Assembly (NCBI GenBank): GCA_963728565.1
Contig: CAVSLC010000002.1
Coordinates: 32,001 to 96,000 of the forward strand
From: an uncultured delta proteobacterium
Lineage (GTDB): Bacteria; Desulfobacterota; Binatia; UBA9968
Reading direction: 5' to 3'
Length of the DNA: 64,000 nt
Each line of letters starts with the position of its first letter. Within the stretch, counting starts at the first letter, position 1. Positions 33,497-43,742 of this stretch are shown here, piece by piece. Below the pieces are notes generated by a model. It was not told where the DNA came from. It did no database searches and was given only the letters and a program-made list of their open reading frames with translations. A program made the translations under genes and the position numbers.

Positions 33497-33620
33497 ACCA
33501 GACAGATACGGCTGCTGTCGTGTCAACGCTCATGGGAAATATATTTGATTGGTCCGATCGCTTCCTCGCGCTGTGGCTTCAAGCGGCGCATGAAACGAAT
33601 TCGAAGCAAGAGGTAATCCA

Positions 33621-34217
33621 CTGGCAATCCACAATATCAATAGAGACAACCAGCAGGTCTTTCTCATCCGGCATGGCGAAACCGAGTGGAGCCTCACCGG
33701 GCAGCACACCGGAATCACCGATCTTCCGCTGACCGAAAATGGCCGGATACTGGCCAAGCGGCTGGAGCCATTTTTGGTCAAGCAGAGGTTTGTCATGGTC
33801 CTAACCAGCCCGCTTAAGCGCGCCAGGGAGACCTGTGAACTTAGCGGGCTGGGGGCTGCCGCGGAGATCGACAACGATCTGATCGAGTGGAATTACGGCG
33901 AATACGAAGGATTGACCTCGCGTGAGATTCGCCAAAAGGTCCCAGGCTGGTTGCTCTTTGAGCACGGCTCCCCGGGCGGCGAGACACCTGAGCAGGTGGG
34001 TGACCGTGCTGATCGCATCATCGCCAGAGCGCGTCGCCAGCAAGGAAACGTTGCGCTCTTCGCCCACGGGCACTTGCTGCGGGTGGTTGCGGCGCGCTGG
34101 TTGGGATTCGCGGCGGGTGTCGGCCGTCATTTTCTTCTTGATACCGGGACTCTGAGCATTCTCAGTTATTATCAAGGGATCCCGGCGATCAAGGAATGGA
34201 ATCGCGCGGTCGAATAG
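33621..34217 (+). CDS. histidine phosphatase family protein
   Basis: VFLIRHGETEWS..HTGITDLPLT lies in frame upstream of the tracked ORF; TSPLKRARET, EWNYGEYEG, FAHGH; start inferred at CTG 33621. Confidence 0.9.
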   Translation: MAIHNINRDNQQVFLIRHGETEWSLTGQHTGITDLPLTENGRILAKRLEPFLVKQRFVMVLTSPLKRARETCELSGLGAAAEIDNDLIEWNYGEYEGLTSREIRQKVPGWLLFEHGSPGGETPEQVGDRADRIIARARRQQGNVALFAHGHLLRVVAARWLGFAAGVGRHFLLDTGTLSILSYYQGIPAIKEWNRAVE

Positions 34218-34358
34218 TCGAAGCTGTGCGCTGTCCGGCCGTTTTCGAGGACGATGTTGCAATTCAATTTAGATAAGTTGTGCCACTGATGCGCGGCGCG
34301 ACACTCGCAATGCGCTTTCGTTCGATGAAGCCGCATGTTATTTAGCCCAGGAAGGAAC

Positions 34359-34745
34359 ATGGGCACGACAGTTTTTCGAACATCGATTAAAGATATCGTC
34401 GACTTCCAGTTAGTTGAAGATAGCATCAATCGTTTATCCTGGCGCGACTTCGGCAATGGCCTGTCAATGGCGCGATTGGCGAAGGAAGGCAAACGGGAAC
34501 TGGTGCTTTATCGAATCGCCAACGATGCCGCTCCGGACGCTTTCGTCAAGCATGAGCATCTGGGCGGAGAGTTTTATCTCGTGTTGAAGGGTAGGATCGA
34601 GGATGAAACCGGCCGATTTGAGAAAGGCGATGTCGTGTACCTGGACGCTCATTCGGTTCACACGCCGCGCGCTATCGGTGATACTCTAGTTTTGGTGTTG
34701 TGGCCCGAAGGTGTGCGACTCATGACTGAAGAGAAGGCGCAGTGA
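34359..34745 (+). CDS. cupin domain protein (ChrR-like cupin)
   Basis: HEHLGGEFYLVLKG..GDVVY..SVHTP metal-binding motifs. Confidence 0.85.
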   Translation: MGTTVFRTSIKDIVDFQLVEDSINRLSWRDFGNGLSMARLAKEGKRELVLYRIANDAAPDAFVKHEHLGGEFYLVLKGRIEDETGRFEKGDVVYLDAHSVHTPRAIGDTLVLVLWPEGVRLMTEEKAQ

Positions 34746-34764
34746 ATTTGCGGTGGGAGGTAAA

Positions 34765-35654
34765 ATGAAAACTCTAGGCTTTATCGGAACCGGCGGCATG
34801 GGCAGTGGTATGGCTGCCAATCTGATCAAGGCAGGACACCGTTTGGTGATTCATGATTTACGCCGAGAGCAATGTAGCAGCTTGGAGAGCCAGGGAGCGG
34901 TGTTTAAGAGTCACCCAGCGCGGTTGCCGAATCCTGCGACATCGTTATGTCTATGCTGCCATACAACGAAGCGGTGCAGGCGGTTGGTCTAGGCAGCGGC
35001 GGTCTGCATCAGGCAGTCGGGGGGGCCAAGCTCTGGATCGACTTCAGCAGCATCGACAAAAAAACCATTGTTGATGTCGCTAATCAGCTGGCCCAAAAGG
35101 GTTGGACGATTCTCGATGGCTCGGCGGGCGGCGTCGAAGAAGCGGCGGCCGCAGGAACTCTCTCGTTGTGGATTTCCGGTTCTAAAGAGTTGTTTGACGA
35201 ACATCAGCCGGTATTTAACGCCATGGGTAACAAAGTCATCTACGTCGGCGATCTCGGCAATGCCAAACTGGTGAAAAATGCCATGGCCATGTTTGCCGCA
35301 GTGCAGCACTTGAGTCTGGTGGAAATTGCCGCCTGGCTAAAAAAGGGGGGACTTTCCGAAGAAACTTTTCGCACCGTGCTCAAAAATTCGCAGCAAAACT
35401 CCGTCGCTATCGATCGCATTTGCGAGATCGTTGTCAACCGAAAATTCAAACCGCGCAAATCCTGGATGCCCAAAGACGTCGGATTCGGATTGGACATGGC
35501 GCGTCAGATGGAAGTCCCCATGCCATTTGTTGCCTTGGCCTATCAGATGTTTTCAATTGCTCAAGCTACGGGAACGGATGGCTACGAAGCCACTGGAATC
35601 GCCTGCAACGTCTACGATCTTATCACCGGGAGGAAGTCTGAATTAGAGTCATAG
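34765..35654 (+). CDS. NAD(P)-dependent oxidoreductase, 3-hydroxyisobutyrate dehydrogenase family, frameshift near 34915
   Basis: GFIGTGGMGSGMAANL, then IDFSSI, SAGGVEEAAAGTL, KLVKN, KDVGFGL in the next frame; GGGAGG SD. Confidence 0.88.
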
Positions 35655-35839
35655 AACCGCGGCATTTCACCGAGTATTTCAGGCAGTGGGTCTCTCGCTA
35701 GTCGAGCCCGAGCTGGCGCCCCGGCGCGCACCGCAATCTCAGGTTCTGGAGCATTGTTCTGGAACACTGATCGAGCATTCTTCAAGGTAGCTGCGGCTTG
35801 ATGCGAGTCTAACGGGAGCGCAGCCGTCAGGAGGTCTTC

Positions 35840-36326
35840 ATGTATTTGCGCACGCTGATGATATTGGCGGTCTTGGGCCTGATAGCGGTTTTTTCGGCGC
35901 TAAATTGGAGCGCTTTTATAGCGCCGACGGCGCTTTCTCTAGGATTTACATCAGTTGAAGCGCCTCTTGGATTGATTTTATTGGCGATCGTAGCGATGTC
36001 TAACTCTTCTCTTTCTCGTGTACATCACCTATTTGCAATCAACCGTTCTCTTCGAGACACGCCGCCATGCACGCGAACTGCAGTCGCAGCGTGACTTGGC
36101 CGAGCAAGCCGAAACCTCCCGTTTCAATCAACTGCGAACCTCAATGGAGACTGAGCTAGAGAAGTTGGCCGGTGAGATGGAGCAATCAAAATCTCTGATG
36201 TTAACCAGATTGGATCAGCTCGAGCGCGACCTGCGAGGAGCTTTAGAACACACCGGAAATAGCTTGGCGGCTTACATTGGAGAACTTGAGGACAGGTTCG
36301 ACAGTTCTGCAGGTAAATCGACATAG
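35840..36326 (+). CDS. LapA-like membrane protein with coiled-coil tail, frameshift near 36000
   Basis: FSALNW..LSLGF..EAPLGLILL continues as LLFLVYITYLQS..ETRRHARELQSQR; AGGAGG SD. Confidence 0.75.
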
Positions 36327-36361
36327 ATTAAGCGCTGCTTTTGGACGATCCGGCGCATTGA

Positions 36362-36391
36362 CCTAACTTGCCGGCGCTCCGGTTAGTTAGG
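36362..36391. terminator. hairpin, possible terminator
   Basis: CCTAACT..CCGG-CGCT-CCGG..AGTTAGG stem downstream of the LapA-like gene; weak U tract. Confidence 0.35.
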
Positions 36392-36398
36392 GTTGACG

Positions 36399-36444
36399 TT
36401 GACTTGAAACCCGATAAACCGTTATAAATGATCGTTATAACGGT
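36399..36444 (+). promoter_or_regulatory. candidate sigma70 promoter for argS overlapped by a perfect 10 bp inverted repeat
   Basis: TTGACT (36399)-18 nt-TATAAA (36423); ACCGTTATAA-N7-TTATAACGGT (36418-36444). Confidence 0.45.
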
Positions 36445-36542
36445 GTTTTTCAACCGCTTTCCTCGTATAATCGAGCCGTACTAACTCATCATCTGCGGCG
36501 TGTCACCGCCTGAGCGGAAGAAAATCAATCCATAAGCCACCC

Positions 36543-38231
36543 ATGCGAAATCACCTTGCGGGTTTGTTGACCAGAGCCATCGAGAAGACATCGAAGGCGG
36601 GAGATCTGAGCTTGACAGAAATCCCCCCTTTGGTTTTTGAGCTGCCAAAACAGCGGGAGTTTGGCGATTTGGCGACCAACATTGCGATGCACTGGGCAAG
36701 GAAAGCGAAGAAACCGCCGAGACTCATTGCCGACGCTATCGTCAAGAATATCGAAGACCCGGAAGGAATTCTTCAGCGCATCGACATTGCCGGCCCGGGT
36801 TTTTTAAACTTTACCTTTTCGAAGAAATTTTATTACCAGCGTTTGCGCGATCTCGTGGCTGGTAAGGATGCACAGCTGGATCTTGGACATGGGAAGAAGG
36901 TTCAGATCGAATTTGCCAGCGTGAACCCGACGGGCCCCTTACATGTGGGTCATGGAAGAGTCGCGGTGATCGGCGATGTGCTGGCTCGGTTGCATGAAGC
37001 CACCGGCTTCAATGTCGAGCGGGAGTATTACGTCAACGACGCCGGCAATCAAATGGAGAATCTCGGGCTGTCCGTGTATGCGCGATATCGCGAACTATTT
37101 GGCGATACATTGGAACTTCCCGAAGGCGGTTACCCTGGAGAGTATGTCAAAGACATTGCCGCGGAAATCAAGAATCAACACGGCGATAAGTTTCTCAGCC
37201 GGAGCCGAGAAGCTGCAGTAGAATTGTTTCGCCGCTATGGCGGCGATTCTCTGCTCCATACGATCCGGCAGCAGTTGAGCGCTTTTGATATTCGCTTCGA
37301 CTCTTTCTTCAGTGAAAAAGCCATGCGAGAGCGAGGCGAGATCGAGGAGTCAATCAGGTTGTTGCGCGAGCGGGGCTTGGTTTACTCCAACGATGGCGCT
37401 GAATGGTTTCAGTCCACCGCTTTTGGCGACGATAAGGACCGGACGGTGATCAAGAGCGATGGCGAGCTCACCTATTTTGCCGCGGATATCGCCTACCACC
37501 GCAATAAGCTCGAACGCGGCTTTGGCAAACTCATCAACGTCTGGGGCGCCGACCACCATGGCTATGTGCCGCGGCTGAAGGCGTCTTTGCGCGGACTAGG
37601 TTACGATGCCAGCATCTTGCGCGTTGTTCTCGTGCAAATGGTTCAACTCACCAGAGCCGGCGAACCCATTCGCATGGGTAAACGCACCGGAGAATTCGTC
37701 GCTCTGCAGGAGGTTCTGGACGAAGTAGGACGAGATGCGGCGCGCTTCTTCTTTCTAATGCGCAAGGCCGATAGCCACCTCGATTTCGACTTGGACCTCG
37801 CCAAGCAGCAGTCGAGCGAGAATCCGGTATTTTATGTACAGTACGCTCATGCCCGCGTCGCGAGTATTTTCGAGCAGGCGCACAGGAGCGGAATAGTCTG
37901 GAATCCGGCAGATCTTGGGACAATCGCGGTGGAGCCGCTGCAGCTGGCTGAGGAGATCGAGCTCATCCGCCGAATGGCTCAATTTAACGATGTTCTGGAA
38001 GAGAGCGTCCGAGAGCTCGAACCGCACCGCATGGTTTTTTTTCTGTTGGATTTAGCTGGAGAATTCCATCGCTACTACAATCGGACCCGCATCCTCTCCG
38101 AAGATCGGGAGTTGACCCGGGCGCGCATGTTGTTGGCGCACATGGTCCAATTGACCATTCGCCGCGGCCTGACCTTGCTGGGCATCGATGCTCCGATGAA
38201 GATGAATGCGCGATCTGGCCTCGAACGGTGA
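36543..38231 (+). CDS. argS: arginine--tRNA ligase
   Basis: SVNPTGPLHVGHGR, EYYVNDAG, WGADHHGY, MGKRTG, NPVFYVQYAHAR. Confidence 0.98.
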   Translation: MRNHLAGLLTRAIEKTSKAGDLSLTEIPPLVFELPKQREFGDLATNIAMHWARKAKKPPRLIADAIVKNIEDPEGILQRIDIAGPGFLNFTFSKKFYYQRLRDLVAGKDAQLDLGHGKKVQIEFASVNPTGPLHVGHGRVAVIGDVLARLHEATGFNVEREYYVNDAGNQMENLGLSVYARYRELFGDTLELPEGGYPGEYVKDIAAEIKNQHGDKFLSRSREAAVELFRRYGGDSLLHTIRQQLSAFDIRFDSFFSEKAMRERGEIEESIRLLRERGLVYSNDGAEWFQSTAFGDDKDRTVIKSDGELTYFAADIAYHRNKLERGFGKLINVWGADHHGYVPRLKASLRGLGYDASILRVVLVQMVQLTRAGEPIRMGKRTGEFVALQEVLDEVGRDAARFFFLMRKADSHLDFDLDLAKQQSSENPVFYVQYAHARVASIFEQAHRSGIVWNPADLGTIAVEPLQLAEEIELIRRMAQFNDVLEESVRELEPHRMVFFLLDLAGEFHRYYNRTRILSEDRELTRARMLLAHMVQLTIRRGLTLLGIDAPMKMNARSGLER

Positions 38232-38265
38232 CGATCGCCACCTTAACACTAAAGGAACGGCATCT

Positions 38266-38956
38266 ATGGCAGAGAATCGCAAGGGAAAGGATAAACGCTT
38301 CTATTTCAGTCGCGGCCAGTTCCTCCTGTTGGGTTGCGGCTTTAGCGTTGCTTCCATGATCGTTTTCCTCCTGGGAATGTTGGTGGGACAGGGGATGGAA
38401 GAACGGAAAATTGTCAAACCGGCCGAGCCGGCGATGAGAGTTCCCGTCAGGCCGGCGCAAGGGGCCAACTCAGGGACTGCTTGCTTCGAAGGAGGAAATT
38501 ACTTTCTATGACACTTTGACTAGGCCGGCTCCGGCGCAAGCCCGGTCCGAAGAAGAAACGCGAGAAGCCAAAAAAGCCGAGAAAAACTCTAAAGCTGATT
38601 CCAGAGAAATTAGATTGTCGGCCAAGCAAGAGGTGGCATCAGTGGCCAAACGGGCTGAGGACAAGCCCGCGCCGGCCGCCAGCAAACCTCGGCCTGCTGA
38701 AGCTGATGCGAAGGAATCTCGCAAGCCCTGGACTGTTCAAGTCAACGCATTTCCGGATGAAAAGTCCGCCAAAACCTGGGTTGATAGGCTCAGGGACAAA
38801 GGCTACAACGCCTACTTATCTGAGTCACGCAGTCAGGGAAGAGTCTGGTATCGAGTTCGAGTGGGCCGTTTTGAGTCACGTGACGAGGCCGAGAAAACAC
38901 AAGAGGCTTTGAAAAGAAAGGAACACTTGGCCAAAGCGTTTGCCACGAGCAGATGA
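38266..38956 (+). CDS. SPOR domain protein (FtsN/DedD-like), frameshift near 38480
   Basis: TM helix VFLLGMLVG, EEITFYDTL, C-terminal WTVQVNAF..WYRVRVGRF; usual position after argS. Confidence 0.88.
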
Positions 38957-39104
38957 CTAACAGGCTGCTGAAAAACTCATATGCTTCGTTGCGACCAATC
39001 GACTCGCGTACTGAATAAGACGCCTCTGCTCGTCGATTTTTCGCGCGCCTTGTCTTGAGGCTTTTTTGAACAGCCTGTATCAGAGTTATTCAGCAATTTG
39101 CTAG
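38957..39104. mobile_element. MITE/REP-like non-autonomous element
   Basis: terminal IR CTAACAGGCTGCTGAAAAACTC / GAGTTATTCAGCAATTTGCTAG plus an inner copy TTTTTTGAACAGCCTGT (39062-39078); no coding capacity. Confidence 0.65.
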
Positions 39105-39118
39105 AGATTCAGGCGATT

Positions 39119-40135
39119 ATGAATATCCGAGAAGCGATCGAGAGAGTGGTCAAGCGCAATGACCTTTCTGAAGAGGAAACCGTCCATGTCATAAATCAGA
39201 TTATGACAGGTGAGGCGACACCTTTGCAGGTGGCATCCTTTCTCACCGCGCTCCGTATGAAAGGGGAGACCGTAGAAGAAATTACCGGCGCGGCGCGCGT
39301 GATGCGCGAAAAGGCCCAACGTGTTCAAGTCGGTTCTAAAGTGGTGTTGGATACCTGTGGCACTGGCGGTGATCAAAAAGGCACTTTCAATATATCGACA
39401 GCCTCGGCCTTTGTCGCGGCGGGAGCTGGGGTCGATGTTGCCAAACATGGCAACCGTTCGGTGTCGAGCCACTCGGGAAGCGCCGATGTGCTCGCCGAAT
39501 TGGGGGTTAAAGTCGATGCTCCCAAAGAATGCGTTGAAAGCTGTATCCAAAAGATCGGCATTGGATTCTTGTTCGCCCCGTTGCTCCATGAAGCGATGAA
39601 ATATGCCGTGCAACCGCGCCGCGATATCGGTATACGAACGATCTTTAATTTGCTCGGGCCGCTCACCAACCCGGCGATGGCAAACCACCAATTGATCGGC
39701 GTTTACGACGGTGAGCTGGTTTCGGTGATCGCCCACGTGTTAAAAAATCTGGGCAGCGCGCGCGCTATGGTGGTTCACGGCATGGAGGGGTTGGATGAGA
39801 TATCGCTGTGCGGTCCGACAAAAATTGCCGAGTTGCGCCACGGCGAAGTCAAAGAGTATACGCTCGAACCGGAGAAGCTAAATTTTAAGATCTATCCTCT
39901 GGAGGCTCTCCAGGCCGGCAGCGCCGCCGAGAGCGCCGCGATAATCAAGCGCATTTTCCAAGGTGAGAAGGGTCCGGCGCGGGATGTGGTGCTACTCAAC
40001 AGTGGCGCAGCATTGTACGTCAGCGGGAAAGCCGAGAGTTTCGAACACGGCATCCGGGTTGCGGCAGATTCCATCGATTCGGGAAAAGCGCGGCAAAAGC
40101 TCGAACACTTGGCGCAACTGACCAACGCCGCATAA
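39119..40135 (+). CDS. trpD: anthranilate phosphoribosyltransferase
   Basis: DTCGTGGD, FNIST, AKHGNRSVSS, GSADVL, GLDE. Confidence 0.98.
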   Translation: MNIREAIERVVKRNDLSEEETVHVINQIMTGEATPLQVASFLTALRMKGETVEEITGAARVMREKAQRVQVGSKVVLDTCGTGGDQKGTFNISTASAFVAAGAGVDVAKHGNRSVSSHSGSADVLAELGVKVDAPKECVESCIQKIGIGFLFAPLLHEAMKYAVQPRRDIGIRTIFNLLGPLTNPAMANHQLIGVYDGELVSVIAHVLKNLGSARAMVVHGMEGLDEISLCGPTKIAELRHGEVKEYTLEPEKLNFKIYPLEALQAGSAAESAAIIKRIFQGEKGPARDVVLLNSGAALYVSGKAESFEHGIRVAADSIDSGKARQKLEHLAQLTNAA

Positions 40136-40140
40136 GGCTT

Positions 40141-40920
40141 ATGGCTGACTTCCTCGCCAACATTGTCGAGCATGTGCGCGCTGTAGTTGAAATTCGGCAA
40201 AGGCAGAATCCGCTGGCGGCGTTGCATGATCGGCCATTGTATCATCAACCGACCAGGGGCTTTGCCCGGAGCCTGAATGGCCGTGCCCGGCGCATCATCG
40301 CAGAGATTAAACGATCCTCACCCTCGAAAGGTTTGATTCGGGCCGATTTCAGTCCGGTGGGTATTGCCAGAGATTATGCCGATCATGGCGCCAGCGCGAT
40401 TTCGGTGCTCACCGAGGAGCATTTTTTTCAGGGTAGTTTGACATACCTGGAAGAGATTAAAGCCGCGGTTAAGGTGCCCCTTTTGCGAAAAGATTTCATC
40501 ATCGACCGCTACCAGGTGACCGAGGCACGAAGTTATGGCGCCGACGCAGTCTTGCTGATTGCCGCGTTGCTGGAGCCATCACTTCTGCGCGAACTGCGGG
40601 AAACAGCGGCTGCTTTATCGCTCGACAGCCTGGTCGAAGTTCACAATGAGGAGGAGTTGGAGCAAGCGCTGCAGGCGGACGCGGAGATAATCGGCATCAA
40701 CAACCGCGATCTCAGGACCTTTGAAGTCAGCTTGGCAACTACGGAGAAGCTGGCATCGCGAGTTCCCGCCGGTACTCTGACTGTTTGTGAGAGCGGTATC
40801 GACGGCGCTGAACAAATCAGGCAAGTTGAACGGTGGGGCATCCATACCTTTCTGATCGGCGAATCTCTCATGCGCGCTCCCAGTCCGGGTGAGAAGCTTC
40901 AAGAGTTGCTGCGATCCTAG
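40141..40920 (+). CDS. trpC: indole-3-glycerol phosphate synthase
   Basis: IIAEIKRSSPSKG, SVLTE, LLRKDFI, GINNRDL, ESGI. Confidence 0.98.
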   Translation: MADFLANIVEHVRAVVEIRQRQNPLAALHDRPLYHQPTRGFARSLNGRARRIIAEIKRSSPSKGLIRADFSPVGIARDYADHGASAISVLTEEHFFQGSLTYLEEIKAAVKVPLLRKDFIIDRYQVTEARSYGADAVLLIAALLEPSLLRELRETAAALSLDSLVEVHNEEELEQALQADAEIIGINNRDLRTFEVSLATTEKLASRVPAGTLTVCESGIDGAEQIRQVERWGIHTFLIGESLMRAPSPGEKLQELLRS

Positions 40921-40975
40921 ATTCGTAAGAAGGCAGCCCGCAATCTGCTATTTGTTATGAGATCGGCCATCATCA

Positions 40976-41605
40976 ATGGTTAAGGTAAAAGTCTGCGGTA
41001 TTACAAATCTGGCGGATGCCGAGAAGGCGTTGGAATATGGCGCCGACGCGCTGGGTTTTAATTTCTATCCGCCAAGCCCGCGCTATCTTGCCCCGGATGA
41101 GGCTCGCGCCATCGTGCGCCAATTGCCGGCGAGGTCATGTACTATCGCATTGTTCGTCAACGAGGCCAAAGAGCGGATCAGGCAAATTTTAGCTGCCGCC
41201 GCGCTGCCTGAGGGGCAAGTTGGGTATCAAGGTGTCCAATTCCACGGCGAAGAGAGCCCCGATGATTGCCGTGGCTGGGGCATCCAAGTGATCAAGGCTT
41301 TTCGGCTCAAAGATAAACATTCTTTGGAGATGATTCACGGCTTCCCTGCGGATTACTACCTTCTCGACTCATGGTCGGCCGGATACGGCGGCTCCGGCAC
41401 GTCCTTTCCGTGGGAATGGTTGGAAGGATTCGATACTGGAAAAATTATTCTGTCGGGCGGGCTAACTCTCGACAACGTCGCCGACGCTATTCGGCGGCTT
41501 CACCCCTACGCGGTTGACGTGTGCAGCGGCGTAGAGGTTCGGCCCGGTGTTAAGGATCATGAAAAAATCAAACACTTCATCCGCGCAGCTAAAGAAGCTG
41601 CCTGA
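40976..41605 (+). CDS. trpF: phosphoribosylanthranilate isomerase
   Basis: [31 protein letters not shown]. Confidence 0.97.
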   Translation: MVKVKVCGITNLADAEKALEYGADALGFNFYPPSPRYLAPDEARAIVRQLPARSCTIALFVNEAKERIRQILAAAALPEGQVGYQGVQFHGEESPDDCRGWGIQVIKAFRLKDKHSLEMIHGFPADYYLLDSWSAGYGGSGTSFPWEWLEGFDTGKIILSGGLTLDNVADAIRRLHPYAVDVCSGVEVRPGVKDHEKIKHFIRAAKEAA

Positions 41606-42782
41606 CCAACGCGGCCATTTTGGCCCATATGGTGGGCGCTACGTCGCCGAAACACTGATGCCGGCTCTCGTGGAGCTGGAAGCGGCTTACGGCAAGGCGC
41701 GTCGTGACTCCGCCTTTCGAAAAATGTTTCATCTTCACCTGCGGGAGTATGCCGGTCGGGAAACTCCGCTCTACTTTGCTGAACGGCTCACCGAGAAATT
41801 GGGTGGCGCCAAGGTATATCTAAAACGGGAAGATCTTTGTCACACTGGCGCCCATAAGATCAACAATACCATCGGCCAGATTCTGCTGGCCCGGCGAATG
41901 AAAAAGGCCCGGATCATCGCGGAAACCGGCGCGGGGCAGCACGGCGTCGCCACCGCAACCGTAGCCGCGCGATTCGGCATGCAATGCGAAATTTTCATGG
42001 GAAAGGAAGACGTCGCTCGACAGTCGCTCAACGTTTTTCGGATGAAGCTTCTTGGCGCGAAGGTGCGCGTCGTCGAATCGGGCAGCAAGACCTTGAAAGA
42101 CGCGATGAACGAAGCATTACGCGATTGGGTGACAAATGTTTTCGACACGTACTATTTGATCGGTTCCGTGGCCGGCCCTCATCCGTACCCGATGATGGTG
42201 CGCGATTTTCAGTCGGTGATCGGGCAAGAAGCGCGCCGGCAGATATTGAAACAGGAAGGCAGACTCCCTGATTGCCTGGTTGCATGCGTCGGCGGCGGCA
42301 GCAACTCCATGGGATTATTTTACCCCTTCGTCAACGATCGAAATGTGCGGATGGTCGGTGTCGAGGCAGCCGGACGCGGGCTGAGCAGCGGCAAGCACGC
42401 GGCCTCGGTCCTTGGCGGCGAGGTGGGTGTGTTGCATGGCAGCAAGAGCTATATCTTGCAAGATGATGCCGGACAGATCCGCGAGACCCATTCGATCGCT
42501 GCCGGATTGGACTATCCGGGCGTCGGACCCGAGCTGAGCTATTTAAAGGATCTGGGTCGAGTGGAGTTTGCGTCGGCGACCGATCGCGCGGCGATGGAGG
42601 CGATCCAGTTTCTCGCTCAGGTCGAGGGAATCATCCCCGCGCTGGAAAGCGCTCATGCCATCGCCGCCGTGATGCAGCTCGCGCCGCGATTAGGGAAACG
42701 TAAGACAATCTTGGTTAATTTATCCGGCAGGGGTGATAAAGATATGGGCACCGTGGGAGATTACCTGGGAGTGAAGTTGTAG
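41559..42782 (+). CDS. trpB: tryptophan synthase beta chain
   Basis: [48 protein letters not shown]. Confidence 0.98.
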   Translation: MKKSNTSSAQLKKLPDQRGHFGPYGGRYVAETLMPALVELEAAYGKARRDSAFRKMFHLHLREYAGRETPLYFAERLTEKLGGAKVYLKREDLCHTGAHKINNTIGQILLARRMKKARIIAETGAGQHGVATATVAARFGMQCEIFMGKEDVARQSLNVFRMKLLGAKVRVVESGSKTLKDAMNEALRDWVTNVFDTYYLIGSVAGPHPYPMMVRDFQSVIGQEARRQILKQEGRLPDCLVACVGGGSNSMGLFYPFVNDRNVRMVGVEAAGRGLSSGKHAASVLGGEVGVLHGSKSYILQDDAGQIRETHSIAAGLDYPGVGPELSYLKDLGRVEFASATDRAAMEAIQFLAQVEGIIPALESAHAIAAVMQLAPRLGKRKTILVNLSGRGDKDMGTVGDYLGVKL

Positions 42783-42870
42783 GCACCGTGGATCGTGCTT
42801 GCCACAGCTCTTAGCGCCGCAGAATCGCCCCCAGTAAGCTTTCCGCTCAACCTAGCAAACTTTATTCAGG

Positions 42871-43692
42871 ATGAGTCGAATACAAAAAAAATTCTCGCAG
42901 CTTAAAAAGGCCGACGAAGCGGCGCTCATTCCGTTTATCACGGCCGGAGATCCGGATCTCCAGACCACACTTGCAATAATGCGCGCCCTTGAAGCGGGTG
43001 GCGCCGATTGCATCGAGCTGGGAATTCCTTTCTCCGATCCAACTGCGGACGGCCCGACGATCCAACGCGCGTCCGAACGTGCGTTGAAAAATCAGCTTAC
43101 TCTCACCCAGATTCTGCAAATGCTTCGGCGATTCCGCTCCACTTCCGAGATTCCGGTAATTCTCTTTGGTTATTTCAATCCATTTTTTAGATTCGGCTTA
43201 GAAGAGTTTTCCCGCCAGTCGGCGCGAGCCGGAGCCGACGGTGTTCTCTGTGTCGACCTGCCGCCGGAAGAGGGCGAGGAGTTGAAGCGTTGGACTGATG
43301 CAGACGGAATCGACTTGATTTTTCTCTTGTCTCCGGCCAGCGGCAAGGCGCGATTAGAACTTGTGGCTCGAAAGGCCCGCGGTTTTATTTATTACGTATC
43401 CGTGACCGGAGTCACTGGAGCGCGGCGATCCCTGGATGAGCAGCTGCGTTCTCAGATAGCCCAAGTGCGACGGATGACGGCGATTCCAGTCGGTGTTGGA
43501 TTCGGCATTTCCACTCCGCAGCAAGCCGCATGGATCGTTGAATTCGCCGATGCGGTGGTTATTGGCAGCGCGCTGGTTGAAACTATCGAGCGCGCCAGCG
43601 GGAGCTTGGCCAAGGCCCAAGCCGCCGGAGATTTTGTCTCGAAGATCAAACGCGCGATGAAAAGATCCCGCAGTAACGGTCGAAAACGCTAG
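42871..43692 (+). CDS. trpA: tryptophan synthase alpha chain
   Basis: ELGIPFSDPTADGPTIQ, YVSVTGVTG, VGFGIS. Confidence 0.98.
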   Translation: MSRIQKKFSQLKKADEAALIPFITAGDPDLQTTLAIMRALEAGGADCIELGIPFSDPTADGPTIQRASERALKNQLTLTQILQMLRRFRSTSEIPVILFGYFNPFFRFGLEEFSRQSARAGADGVLCVDLPPEEGEELKRWTDADGIDLIFLLSPASGKARLELVARKARGFIYYVSVTGVTGARRSLDEQLRSQIAQVRRMTAIPVGVGFGISTPQQAAWIVEFADAVVIGSALVETIERASGSLAKAQAAGDFVSKIKRAMKRSRSNGRKR

Positions 43693-43742
43693 AGTCCCGG
43701 TTCCGACCGGCGCCCCCCTCTCCCAGGTGAGTATCAAACCCT

